Below, piece after piece: positions 1 to 8,168 of a DNA stretch of 64,000 nt. The notes under the pieces were generated by a model. That model saw nothing but the letters and a program-made list of their open reading frames with translations, had not been told where the DNA came from and did no database searches. The translations under genes and the position numbers were made by a program. Each line of letters begins with the position of its first letter. Position 1 is the stretch's first letter. Origin of the DNA: an uncultured Candidatus Saccharibacteria bacterium (GTDB lineage: Bacteria; Patescibacteriota; Minisyncoccia; JACQLN01); the NCBI GenBank assembly GCA_964526375.1, contig CAZGLK010000001.1:4811-68810 (forward strand). Direction: 5' to 3'.

Positions 1-2
1 GA

Positions 3-185
3 AAGAAAAGAAACTGGTTGAGGATAAACTTGGTTGCGGCTAACTACAGTCAGCTGCAAAAAAGTGTTTGGTTGGGTTATAACCCTTTGCCTGAAAGTTT
101 TATAAAATTTCTTGACGAGTTAAGGCTGAAAAATAAAGTTCATATCGTCAGTGTCAATAAATCAGGCACGATTGAGGAAGTTTAG
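3..185 (+). CDS. 3'-terminal fragment of an upstream ORF, truncated by the window edge; no recognisable family
   Basis: Open frame from the window start to TAG at 183-185 (…NKSGTIEEV*); shorter than the ORF-track cutoff. Confidence 0.25.
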   Translation, partial: KKRNWLRINLVAANYSQLQKSVWLGYNPLPESFIKFLDELRLKNKVHIVSVNKSGTIEEV

Positions 186-223
186 ATAAAATTTTTGCGT
201 TATCTGCGTTTGCCATTATTATT

Positions 224-269
224 TATTGTTTCCACCAACTAGACGATCGTCCAAGGCAAGGAAACAATA
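224..269. repeat. 46-nt stem-loop repeat, copy A
   Basis: Perfect 10-bp stem TATTGTTTCC/GGAAACAATA enclosing a 26-nt loop with the palindromic core AGACGATCGTC; two more copies in the window share the same architecture. Confidence 0.6.
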
Positions 270-323
270 GCCGCTGACGAGTTTTTGGTAGTTTAGTAAA
301 AGGACAATAGACTGTTTATCTTT

Positions 324-371
324 CTATTGTTTCCTTACCGTAAACGATCGTCTGATAGAGGGAAACAATAG
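324..371. repeat. 46-nt stem-loop repeat, copy B
   Basis: 11-bp stem CTATTGTTTCC/GGAAACAATAG with a 26-nt loop containing AACGATCGTCT. Confidence 0.6.
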
Positions 372-545
372 CACTTTTTAACTACTCTCAAAAACCCGCA
401 TAAAAGCTGGGTTTTTGTGGGGTTGACAGGCATTTAATAATTTGCTAGCATAAAAGAGTTCTTTTCGTATAAATCCACAAGAAAAGCCGCCCTCAGCTAC
501 TTTTCCGCTCTAAGACTATCTAACTTAAAATTCGAGAGGTTTAAG

Positions 546-995
546 ATGAGGCTCGATCAGGATATCAATTTTAATCTGGGAGGAGTGCCGATGGTGATGA
601 GACTTGATACCACGGCGCCAGAAAATGTGTGGATTATTACGCCGAAATGTCAAGAAGACATGGGAGACTCTTTCGCTAACGCCATTAAGAAATGCATCGG
701 CTTTCCTCATCAATTGTTCTCGTTTGGATTTGATGAGGCTGATGTCTACGTTGCTTTAGTGGCGGATGACCAGGCCGTTGTAATATATGGTGGAGATGAG
801 CCCGGTGCTTCTATGGCCTGTAACATTTTCGCCAGTTTGCCAGATTGGAGCGGCGAAAGTCTAAAGGGGCTCAGGGGAGCGGGAGAGTTTGTTGATTTTC
901 TCTCACTTCTTAAAGAGCATGCTGGAATCGAAGTATTTCGACGCAGCGATGGGGAGGTGATTGATTACACAAGCGCTCTTTTACTCTTACGATGA
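546..995 (+). CDS. hypothetical protein (149 aa)
   Basis: ORF with a GAGAGG Shine-Dalgarno 7-8 nt upstream of ATG; no family recognised. Confidence 0.5.
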   Translation: MRLDQDINFNLGGVPMVMRLDTTAPENVWIITPKCQEDMGDSFANAIKKCIGFPHQLFSFGFDEADVYVALVADDQAVVIYGGDEPGASMACNIFASLPDWSGESLKGLRGAGEFVDFLSLLKEHAGIEVFRRSDGEVIDYTSALLLLR

Positions 996-1109
996 GGAGC
1001 CCATTGAATTCTCTCAGATGTTTGATGATTTAGAGGATTCAAAGCTTTTTTGAATCCCATAAAGCCAAAACGGTCGTTAAAAAAATGAACAGCCTGACCA
1101 GCTGTTTTT

Positions 1110-1673
1110 TTATTCCTCGGTTGCTCGTCGAGTATACTCACTTGTTCTGGTATCTACTTCAATAAAATCGCCGGCTTCCACAAAAAGCGGAGTTTTAACC
1201 GTAATGCCGGTTTCTAAAAGAACATCTTTTAAGCCGCCTTGAACGGTGTCGCCTTTTAAGCCGGGCGGAGCATCTTTTACGCGCAGAACAACTTTTATGG
1301 GCAGCTCCAGGCTAATGGGCTGGCCGTTAAAAATAAGAACTTCACACGGCAAATCTTTTTTTAAGTAGCCGGTTTTTTCTTGCAGCAAATCTTGAGCCAA
1401 GCCAAATTTCTCTCCGCCGTCGGTTTGAAAGAAAAATTCGTCCCTGGTGCGATAAGCAAACTTGGCCTTGAGGCGCTCAATGTCGGCCTCGTCAACCTTA
1501 TCGGATTGCTGAAAAGTTTCGGCGCGAACTTTGCCGCTGATCAAGTGGCGGATTTTGGTTTGCATCACCGGCCGTCTTTGGGCCACCTTATTGTGATGAG
1601 CTTCCAGAACTTGATAAGGCTCGCCCTCCAGTTCAATCAAAACGCCGGGTTTTAGGTTGTTCATTGAAAGCAT
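1110..1673 (-). CDS. efp: translation elongation factor P
   Basis: Colinear with EF-P (…NGQPISLELP…PGLKGDT…GG…LETG…VKTPLFVEAGDFIEVDTRTSEY…). The start is taken at the internal Met (MLSMNNLKPG; MNN at 1664 also possible); the ORF-track start at 1724 lies in the repeat-rich upstream region. Confidence 0.85.
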   Translation of the reverse strand: MLSMNNLKPGVLIELEGEPYQVLEAHHNKVAQRRPVMQTKIRHLISGKVRAETFQQSDKVDEADIERLKAKFAYRTRDEFFFQTDGGEKFGLAQDLLQEKTGYLKKDLPCEVLIFNGQPISLELPIKVVLRVKDAPPGLKGDTVQGGLKDVLLETGITVKTPLFVEAGDFIEVDTRTSEYTRRATEE

Positions 1674-1689
1674 AATGCGATGCCAATCA

Positions 1690-1779
1690 ACGAATGACAT
1701 GCGAATTATGCGAATAGAATCCATTCAAATCAAATAAAAAATTCGTATCATTCGCACGAATTCGCATATTAGCATCGCG
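1690..1779. promoter_or_regulatory. divergent efp/comEC intergenic region carrying an inverted array of ATGCGAAT / ATTCGCAT units
   Basis: atgcgaattatgcgaata … attcgcacgaattcgcat arranged as an imperfect palindrome around ~1731; the same CGAAT unit family recurs upstream of other genes. Confidence 0.3.
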
Positions 1780-1798
1780 TTGAGTATACTAAATACTA

Positions 1799-2947
1799 AT
1801 GAGCTTATCAAGGGCGGCGGTTATCGGCGCGGTGGCGTTTATGGCGGGCGTGGCGGTTTATTCCGTGGCTGGTTTGCAGTGGTGGCTGGTGAGCGCGCTC
1901 GTGGGCGCGGTGGCGGTTTTGGGTGTGGTAGGCGCTCGGGTTAATGTAAAATATCTCGCGCCCATTTTTGTTGTTGTTTTGTCTTTGCTGGCTGGGCTGG
2001 TTTGGGGGGCCGTTTATCGGCCTCAACCGAAGCAGGAAAAAACTTTTTGGCAGGATGCGCGGGCGGCGTTAACGGCCAAGGCAGATAAAATTATGCCCCA
2101 ACCCGAGGCCGCGGTTTTTGACGGCATGGTTTTGGGCTACGATAAAAACATCCCCGCTTCTTTGAAAGACATTTACAACATTACCGGCACGCGGCATATT
2201 CTGGCCATATCGGGCATGAACATTTCCATTGTGTCCTTAATGCTGATGAGTTTTGGTTTGGCTCTCGGTTTGTGGCGGCGTCAGGCTTTTTGGCTGGCGC
2301 TCGCGGGCATAATCGCTTTTGTTCTTTTGGTAGGCAGTCCGCCTTCAGCTGTTAGGGCCGGCTTGATGGCCGGCATAGTTTTGTGGGCCAGAAACCACGG
2401 TCGGCTGTTCTTAGCTTGGCGGCCGCTGGTATTGGCCGCATTTTTTATGGTCTTGTTGAATCCGCGCCTCTTGATTTTTGACATTGGGTTTCAGCTTTCT
2501 TTTTTGGCGGTGGCCGGCATTTTATATTTTAAGAACTTTTGGGATCATGTTTTCGGCTGGCTGCCCGTAAAACTTGCCCGTGAGTTATTGTCGCTTTCGT
2601 TTGCGGCCCAAATTACCACTTGGCCCATTATTCTTTACAACTTCGGCACCTTTTCACTGGTCGGCCCCATAGCCAATATCTTTGTGGTGCCGCTTTTAAA
2701 CCCCATAATGCTTTTGGGTTTAGGATTTGCGATTTTTTCATGGTGGCCGATATTGTCCCAGGTGTTTTTGTGGCCAGCTTGGCTTATCTTGAAATTAGCC
2801 GACAAAGCCGTGGAATTTTTTGCTACCTTCCCTTGGGCCAGTTTGAACTTGGGCCAGCCGGGTTTGATCGTGCTCGCTTATTATCCTTTCCTGTTGTGGC
2901 TGTGGAAGTTTTTAGAAAGAAAGGGCTTGAACGAGGCGGTGCATTGA
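1799..2947 (+). CDS. comEC: ComEC/Rec2 competence-domain membrane protein (N-terminal half of a split ComEC)
   Basis: Polytopic membrane protein with the ComEC competence-domain signature (NITGTRHILAISGMNISIVSLML). Confidence 0.8.
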   Translation: MSLSRAAVIGAVAFMAGVAVYSVAGLQWWLVSALVGAVAVLGVVGARVNVKYLAPIFVVVLSLLAGLVWGAVYRPQPKQEKTFWQDARAALTAKADKIMPQPEAAVFDGMVLGYDKNIPASLKDIYNITGTRHILAISGMNISIVSLMLMSFGLALGLWRRQAFWLALAGIIAFVLLVGSPPSAVRAGLMAGIVLWARNHGRLFLAWRPLVLAAFFMVLLNPRLLIFDIGFQLSFLAVAGILYFKNFWDHVFGWLPVKLARELLSLSFAAQITTWPIILYNFGTFSLVGPIANIFVVPLLNPIMLLGLGFAIFSWWPILSQVFLWPAWLILKLADKAVEFFATFPWASLNLGQPGLIVLAYYPFLLWLWKFLERKGLNEAVH

Positions 2948-2974
2948 TATCGAGGTTGTGTATCCAGTTCATAA

Positions 2975-3085
2975 ACCGACCCGAACAATCCGAATTTTAC
3001 CCGAATGACCCGAACCAATTCGGATGAGATATTCGTTAAGTTCGGATTATTTCGCGTCATTCGGATGTATTCGTGGTTAGGGATC
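2975..3085. repeat. phased CCGAA(T)/ATTCGG heptamer array between the two ComEC halves
   Basis: cccgaacaatccgaattttacccgaatgacccgaaccaattcgg followed by the inverted ttcggatg…ttcgttaagttcggatt…cattcggatgtattcg; unit spacing is ~9-11 bp. Confidence 0.4.
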
Positions 3086-3092
3086 GCGTTTT

Positions 3093-3911
3093 ATGTGGTT
3101 GTCTAAAAAATTTGTCTTGGGGGTTTTGGCGTTTATTTTAATCTTGATTTCTTATGCCGTTTGGCAGAAGGGGAACCAGTCGCCGCGGCTGGTGTTTTTG
3201 AATGTGGGGCAGGGCGATGCCATGCTGGCCAGTTTGCCCGGCGACATTCAAATTTTGGTGGACGCCGGGCCGTCGGGCGAGTTGGCTTCTAAACTTTCCG
3301 GCTATTTGCCTTTTTACGATCGCGATATTGAACTGGCAATTTTAACCCATCCCCACGCCGATCACCTGCGGGGTTTTTTGGAGATATTCAAAAATTACAA
3401 TGTTAAAAATTTTATCTTTTCGGGTGCCAATTATTCCAGCCGGGTTTATGCCGATTTTATGGAGGCGTTAAGAAAAGAGGGCAGCGGTGTTTACTTGGCC
3501 GGAAAAGGTGATGTTGTCAGTTATCGGGGCAGACCGATATTGAGAATTTTTTCTCCCGATAAGGTTGAACTTGGGCGTGATTTCAAAAAAATTCACGAGG
3601 CCAACATTGTTAGCCAGCTGGAACTGGGCCATAGAAAATTTTTGCTGATGGGCGATGCCGAAGAAGATCTTGAATTGCGGCTCATCGCGTCAAAGACGAT
3701 TCAAGACGTGGACATTCTAAAAGTCGGCCACCACGGTTCTAAAACCTCCACCTCGGAAAAATTGCTCCAAGCCGCTCGTCCCGAAGAAGCCATCATCTCC
3801 GTCGGCCGCAACTCCTACGGCCACCCCAACCCCGGTGTCCTGGATCGCCTGCATCAAACCGGAGCCAAAGTTTTTAGGACGGATCAGGTGGGGGATGTGG
3901 TTTATAGGTAG
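3093..3911 (+). CDS. comEC: ComEC C-terminal metallo-beta-lactamase domain protein (second half of split ComEC)
   Basis: N-terminal TM helix then MBL motifs LTHPHADHLRG and KVGHHGSKTS. Confidence 0.8.
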   Translation: MWLSKKFVLGVLAFILILISYAVWQKGNQSPRLVFLNVGQGDAMLASLPGDIQILVDAGPSGELASKLSGYLPFYDRDIELAILTHPHADHLRGFLEIFKNYNVKNFIFSGANYSSRVYADFMEALRKEGSGVYLAGKGDVVSYRGRPILRIFSPDKVELGRDFKKIHEANIVSQLELGHRKFLLMGDAEEDLELRLIASKTIQDVDILKVGHHGSKTSTSEKLLQAARPEEAIISVGRNSYGHPNPGVLDRLHQTGAKVFRTDQVGDVVYR

Positions 3912-3947
3912 AAGTTAGAATCTAGAAGTTAGAAAATAGAATATCTT

Positions 3948-4012
3948 TTGGAGACCGAATCTCCAAAAATTGTAATCCCGGAGTTTCTGTTTTGGAGACT
4001 TAGTCTCCAAAA
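3948..4012. repeat. 65-bp direct repeat R1 (copy 1) with two internal hairpins
   Basis: ttggagaccgaatctccaaaaattgtaatcccggagtttctgttttggagacttagtctccaaaa; identical to 4789-4853; contains hairpins GGAGAccgaaTCTCC and GGAGACttaGTCTCC. Confidence 0.7.
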
Positions 4013-4016
4013 TTGG

Positions 4017-4048
4017 GCTCCCGGTGAAAAACATCGGGGGCTTTTTTT
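4017..4048 (+). terminator. rho-independent terminator T1 (copy 1)
   Basis: gctCCCGGTGaaaaaCATCGGGGgcttttttt: 7-bp stem (one G·U), 5-nt loop, U-run; duplicated at 5831-5860. Confidence 0.6.
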
Positions 4049-4077
4049 ATTTTTGAAATTAAGCTAGGATAACAGCA

Positions 4078-4416
4078 ATGAGGTTGGAGCATCAATCAGC
4101 TGAAGAATTAAAAAAGGAAATCTTGGGAATTACGGGTAAATATCTTGATTTAACCAAGTACCGGCTTTTCTTTTTTGGCTCGCGGGTGGCGGGTGATGGT
4201 GATGAGCATTCCGATGTGGATGTGGGTATTGATGGCATTGAGCCACTCCCGCCCGGGGCTATTTCGAGTATTCAGCAGGAACTGGACGATTTGAATACAC
4301 TCTATAAGATACAGGCTGTTGATTTCCAAAAAGTCTCGGAGGATTTTCGCAGGGTTGCCCTGAGCAAGGTAGAGATAATCAATCAACAAGATGAGCAAGC
4401 TAACAGCGGTGATTAA
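4078..4416 (+). CDS. minimal nucleotidyltransferase (MNT) antitoxin-type protein
   Basis: Pol-beta-like NTase motif GSRVAG…SDVDVGI; its 3' end overlaps the downstream HEPN gene. Confidence 0.75.
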   Translation: MRLEHQSAEELKKEILGITGKYLDLTKYRLFFFGSRVAGDGDEHSDVDVGIDGIEPLPPGAISSIQQELDDLNTLYKIQAVDFQKVSEDFRRVALSKVEIINQQDEQANSGD

Positions 4417-4768
4417 ACAATTTGAACAGGCTCTAAGCCGCTTGGACGAGGTTTTGAAAGAACCCAAGACCGATATAGTTAGAGATTCGGCTATAAAGAG
4501 ATTTGAGATTGTTTTTGATCTGTCTTGGAAGGCGGTCAAGGTTTTTTTGGAAGAGAAGAAGGGCATAGTTTGCCGCTCTCCGAAGGAATGTTTTCGTTCG
4601 GCTTATCAGGAGAAGCTGTTGGAGTACGACAATTTCTGGCTGGAGCTGACTGATAGTAGAAACGACATTGTGCATGTATACGGTGAATCGGAGGCGGAGA
4701 AAGTTTATGGAATTTTGCCCGAAGCCCTGCTTAGATTTAAGGAGTTGTTGGGTGCTCTCAAATCGTAG
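4391..4768 (+). CDS. HEPN-domain (nucleotidyltransferase substrate-binding, HI0074-like) toxin-type protein
   Basis: About 125 aa and helical; the overlap (4391-4416) with the MNT gene is typical of MNT-HEPN toxin-antitoxin pairs. Confidence 0.7.
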   Translation: MSKLTAVIKQFEQALSRLDEVLKEPKTDIVRDSAIKRFEIVFDLSWKAVKVFLEEKKGIVCRSPKECFRSAYQEKLLEYDNFWLELTDSRNDIVHVYGESEAEKVYGILPEALLRFKELLGALKS

Positions 4769-4788
4769 GCGGATATTCCGGTCTCGAT

Positions 4789-4853
4789 TTGGAGACCGAA
4801 TCTCCAAAAATTGTAATCCCGGAGTTTCTGTTTTGGAGACTTAGTCTCCAAAA
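4789..4853. repeat. 65-bp direct repeat R1 (copy 2)
   Basis: Identical to 3948-4012 up to …tctccaaaa, then diverges. Confidence 0.7.
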
Positions 4854-4859
4854 ATATCG

Positions 4860-5825
4860 TTGTTATCTCGGCGATGTATCTAAGTCTGCCTAAGCTTAGT
4901 TTGGGAATGGAATAGCAATTGCTTTGGGTTAGGTTAGGTTAGACCAACAAGGTCGGGTGTTTATAACTTGTCCTTGCGCATTTTTTCAATTGGGTATAAG
5001 GTTAAAATAATGTAATGTGATGAAAGTTCTTTAAATTTTGTAGGATGCGTCTGCACTGCGTCCGCCATCCGGAGTTTCCGTGCCACGGAGCTACCGGGTA
5101 ATCAACGGGGTCGATTTTGGTACATCCAATTAAGGAGGTTACCATGTTAGCGCCGCGGAATCGTGGCCGACCTCTTCTGAACAGCTCTAATTCTGTTTCC
5201 GTTCAGGAGAGTTAAGCGTCGACTGCCGGGCGGGCGGGAAACAGCGCCAATGCTAACTGGGAGAATGAGATAAACCGGGGTTCGGGGTGTCGGCTGAGGG
5301 GAGAGGTTATCAGCGACAGCCAGGGGATGAAATTGCCGGCGAGGCAGTTCTTCAAAAAATATCTGCTTCGATGATCAATGTTGTCCGGCGGGCGCGCGTC
5401 TGCCGTGTCAGTAACGGGGAGATGCGCGTTCGCCATTTAGTCTCGCTCCGGAACTTAATCAAATCGCCCGCGCCAAAATTGGCAGCGACGAATTTTGAAA
5501 AAGCTCTGGCTTCAACCGCAAGTTGAGGGCATAATAAGGAGGATCCAAATATGATTGCCCACAACAATCCCGTGCACACGGCCACGCGCGCTTCTCCCTC
5601 TCCGATCACAGGGAACGCAAGTGGTCACAGCGCCGTCGGTCAGAATCAGAACAGCTCCTCGGAAAACTAGTCGGAGATGCGTTAAGGCATATCTGATTGT
5701 GGGCCGACAGCTATCAAAAAAGGTATGCGGCGCTAGAGTCGCGTTTTGTCTCGGTGCACTAAGGAGCGACCGAGCTCCAAAATGCGGCGGCTGACGCAAA
5801 TGTAAGCCATCGAGATTCAACCTCG
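4860..5825. other. GC-rich orphan segment without a long ORF (possible structured RNA, small-peptide locus or decayed foreign DNA)
   Basis: GC visibly higher than flanks; only short overlapping ORFs in all six frames. Two mini-ORFs have perfect AAGGAGG Shine-Dalgarno sequences (ATG 5144, 23 aa; ATG 5551, 39 aa). The segment is bracketed by repeat R1' and terminator copy T1'. Confidence 0.3.
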
Positions 5826-5830
5826 ATAGA

Positions 5831-5860
5831 GCTCCCGGTGAAAAACATCGGGGGCTTTTT
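5831..5860 (+). terminator. rho-independent terminator T1 (copy 2)
   Basis: gctcccggtgaaaaacatcgggggcttttt, identical to 4017-4046. Confidence 0.6.
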
Positions 5861-6104
5861 ATTTGTTATTTGTAGCAATATTGCAGAGTCTTCGGATATT
5901 TCTGTTTCAGGCGATCGCTGGAAATAGAAATATCTGCTGATAGCCGATAGATGTCGATAGATGCTGATGGATTTGGGTTAGAAGTACCTCTTTTTTTATT
6001 CCGGCAGATACGTTAGACTGACAAAACGCAAATTGACGCGGATGATGACCCTGCTTCGCTAGTCAGCTGCGCAGGACACGGCGCGGATTCGCGCGGATAA
6101 TAAT

Positions 6105-7175
6105 ATGACAAAAGGGTTTCCTATTTTTAAAACAAGAATTAAGGGGGTGAATCAAGTTTTTAAACTGGAAGATCCGGTAGATCGCCAAAAGTATTTCCGG
6201 CTTAAGGCCGGGCGGGAAATAGCAAAAATACGCGGCTACCTAAAGAAAAACACTTTTGTTGGTTTTCTTTTGGGCAAGAAAAATTCGGGTAAGGGCACTT
6301 ACGCTAAGTTGTTTATGGAGGCAATTGGCTCAGCCCGCCTTGCTCACATTTCCATTGGCGACATCGTGCGCGGCGTTCACAAAGATTTGAATGATAGGAA
6401 AAGAAAGAAAGATCTGGTTGAGTTTTTAAGGCGCCGTTATCGCGGGCCGATTACCATTGAAAGCGCCTTGGAGATAATCTTGGGCCGGGACACCAAAGGC
6501 CTCTTGCCCACGGAAGTCATATTAGCTTTGGTGGAGCGCGAAATTGACAAGCTGGCCGGCAAAGCCGTTTTTATAGACGGTTTCCCGCGCGATCTGGACC
6601 AAATATCTTACTCGCTTTATTTTAGGGCCTTGATGGGTTACCGCGACGACCCCGATTTTTTTGTTTTTATAGATGTGCCTGAAAGCATCATAGACGAGCG
6701 CATGAAATATCGGGTGGTTTGCCCGTTGTGTCAGACCCCGCGCAATATGCGGGTCCATGCCACCAAAGAGGTGGATTATGATTCCGGCGCCAAAAAGTTT
6801 TACTTGCTGTGCGACAACCCCGGCTGCGGCAAAAAAAGAATGACGGCCAAAGAGGGCGATGAGTTGGGCATTGAGGCTATTCGCTCGCGCATAGAAATAG
6901 ACGATAAAGTTATGAAAACTCTGCTGAACTTTAACGGCATAGACAAAATATATTTGCGCAATTCTGTGCCGGTCAAAACGGCCAAGAGGTATGTGGATGA
7001 CTATGAAATTACGCCGGCTTATCGGTACGAGTGGGACAAAAATGTCAGTAAAGTTAGGATCGTAGAAGAGCCCTGGGTGGTTAAAGACGGCGCCGGAGAA
7101 AAATCTTACAGCTTACTGCCGCCGGCTGTAGTTGTGTCTTTGATTAGGCAAGTGGCCAAGGTTTTATCCTTGTAG
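6105..7175 (+). CDS. adenylate kinase family protein, divergent and extended (356 aa)
   Basis: P-loop GKKNSGKGT, ISIGDIVRG (cf. STGDMLRA), IDGFPRDLDQ (cf. LDGFPRTIPQ), a zinc LID CPLC…C..GC and RSRIE. The N-terminal ~50 aa and C-terminal ~120 aa extensions have no Adk counterpart. Confidence 0.65.
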   Translation: MTKGFPIFKTRIKGVNQVFKLEDPVDRQKYFRLKAGREIAKIRGYLKKNTFVGFLLGKKNSGKGTYAKLFMEAIGSARLAHISIGDIVRGVHKDLNDRKRKKDLVEFLRRRYRGPITIESALEIILGRDTKGLLPTEVILALVEREIDKLAGKAVFIDGFPRDLDQISYSLYFRALMGYRDDPDFFVFIDVPESIIDERMKYRVVCPLCQTPRNMRVHATKEVDYDSGAKKFYLLCDNPGCGKKRMTAKEGDELGIEAIRSRIEIDDKVMKTLLNFNGIDKIYLRNSVPVKTAKRYVDDYEITPAYRYEWDKNVSKVRIVEEPWVVKDGAGEKSYSLLPPAVVVSLIRQVAKVLSL

Positions 7176-7255
7176 ATGGTCAGCTTCCCACATATGTGGA
7201 TAAATGGTTGTTGACTTTTTGATCTATGGTGCTACACCGAAAGCAAGATAAAAAA

Positions 7256-7284
7256 CCCCAGACTTCAAATCTGGGGCTTTTTAT
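7256..7284 (+). terminator. rho-independent terminator
   Basis: CCCCAGActtcaaaTCTGGGGcttttta directly after the adk-like gene. Confidence 0.7.
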
Positions 7285-7339
7285 GCTGGCTACGAAATAC
7301 GACGTAAAGTCGCGTGGCGACCACGTCGCTTTACGCGAA

Positions 7340-7378
7340 TTGTTACGAATATACGAATATGAAATCAAGTGGTATAAT
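7340..7378 (+). promoter_or_regulatory. candidate nth promoter: tandem TACGAAT units plus an extended -10 (TGgTATAAT)
   Basis: ttacgaatatacgaatatgaaatcaagTGgTATAAT, with the -10 at 7373-7378, 20 nt upstream of the nth ATG; the 18-mer tacgaatatacgaatatg recurs at 12576-12593. Confidence 0.4.
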
Positions 7379-7397
7379 TTTAAAAGAGGGAATTTGT

Positions 7398-8111
7398 ATG
7401 TCTAATGTTGTGGCAATAAATCCAAAACTCAAAATCCAAAATCCTAAGCAAATCCCAATGACCAAAATCCAAAACAAATCCCGCGGTGAGGGTTTAGAAG
7501 AGAAAAAGTCTCGGGCGAGCAAGGTTATTGCCTACTTAAAGAAAAAATTTCCCGGTGCCAAAATAGCCCTGAAGTACGGCAACCCAATCCAATTATTAGT
7601 GTCGGTTGTATTATCGGCTCAATGCACCGACAAAAAAGTCAACGAGGTTACGGCGGAGCTGTTTAAGAAATACAAAACAGGGGCTGATTTTGCCGAAGCG
7701 AACACAAAAAAATTTGAGCGGGAAGTAAAGCCCTGCGGGTTTTACCGCAATAAGGCCAAAAATATTATCGCCGCTTGTAAAATCATCCAAGACAAATTCA
7801 AAGGCAAACTGCCGCGAACGATGGCCGAGATGTTAACTTTGCCGGGCGTGGCCCGCAAAACCGCCAATGTGGTTTTGGGCAATGCCTTTGGTGTGGTGGA
7901 GGGGATTGCGGTGGATACGCACATGATCCGCATCAATCAGAAGCTTGGTTTTTCTACCAGTACCGACCCCAAAAAAATTGAGAGGGATCTTATGCAGATT
8001 ATTCCTAAAAAGGATTGGTTTAAATACACCTATTTAATAATTGACTACGGCCGCCAGGTTTGCCCGGCGCGGCATAAAAAATGTGAGTGCGGGATTTATA
8101 AAATTAAATAG
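7398..8111 (+). CDS. nth: endonuclease III (DNA glycosylase/AP lyase)
   Basis: HhH-GPD motifs LVSVVLSAQCTD and LPGVARKTANVV, DTHMIRI, and a C-terminal [4Fe-4S] cluster C-x6-C-x2-C-x5-C. The start is chosen at MSNVV with an AGAGGG RBS; the ORF-track start at 7314 lies inside the promoter repeats. Confidence 0.85.
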   Translation: MSNVVAINPKLKIQNPKQIPMTKIQNKSRGEGLEEKKSRASKVIAYLKKKFPGAKIALKYGNPIQLLVSVVLSAQCTDKKVNEVTAELFKKYKTGADFAEANTKKFEREVKPCGFYRNKAKNIIAACKIIQDKFKGKLPRTMAEMLTLPGVARKTANVVLGNAFGVVEGIAVDTHMIRINQKLGFSTSTDPKKIERDLMQIIPKKDWFKYTYLIIDYGRQVCPARHKKCECGIYKIK

Positions 8112-8127
8112 GATTCGTCTGATAACG

Positions 8128-8168
8128 CGATCCGAAAAATCCGAATACATCCGAATGACCCGAATAGA
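8128..8168. repeat. four phased direct repeats of (A/C)TCCGAA(T)
   Basis: atccgaaaa atccgaatac atccgaatg acccgaatag with ~10-bp periodicity, immediately 5' of / overlapping the next ORF start. Confidence 0.4.

Noticed and set aside
3911-3945. tagaagttagaatctagaagttagaaaatagaat run after the ComEC-MBL gene as a distinct element
   Set aside because: It is another short heptamer-like simple repeat of the kind found throughout the window. It is noted under the general repeat phenomenon rather than as a separate functional element.
4860-5825. GC-rich segment as tmRNA (ssrA) or RNase P RNA
   Set aside because: I could not find the tRNA-like acceptor/T-arm (GGTTCGANTCC…CCA) or a tag reading frame ending in …LAA-stop. 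The nearest peptide ends …ALASTAS. I also did not find the RNase P P4 strands (AGGAAAGUCCGGGC / ACAGAACCCGGCUUA). The segment is left as an unclassified GC-rich region, and an Rfam scan is needed.
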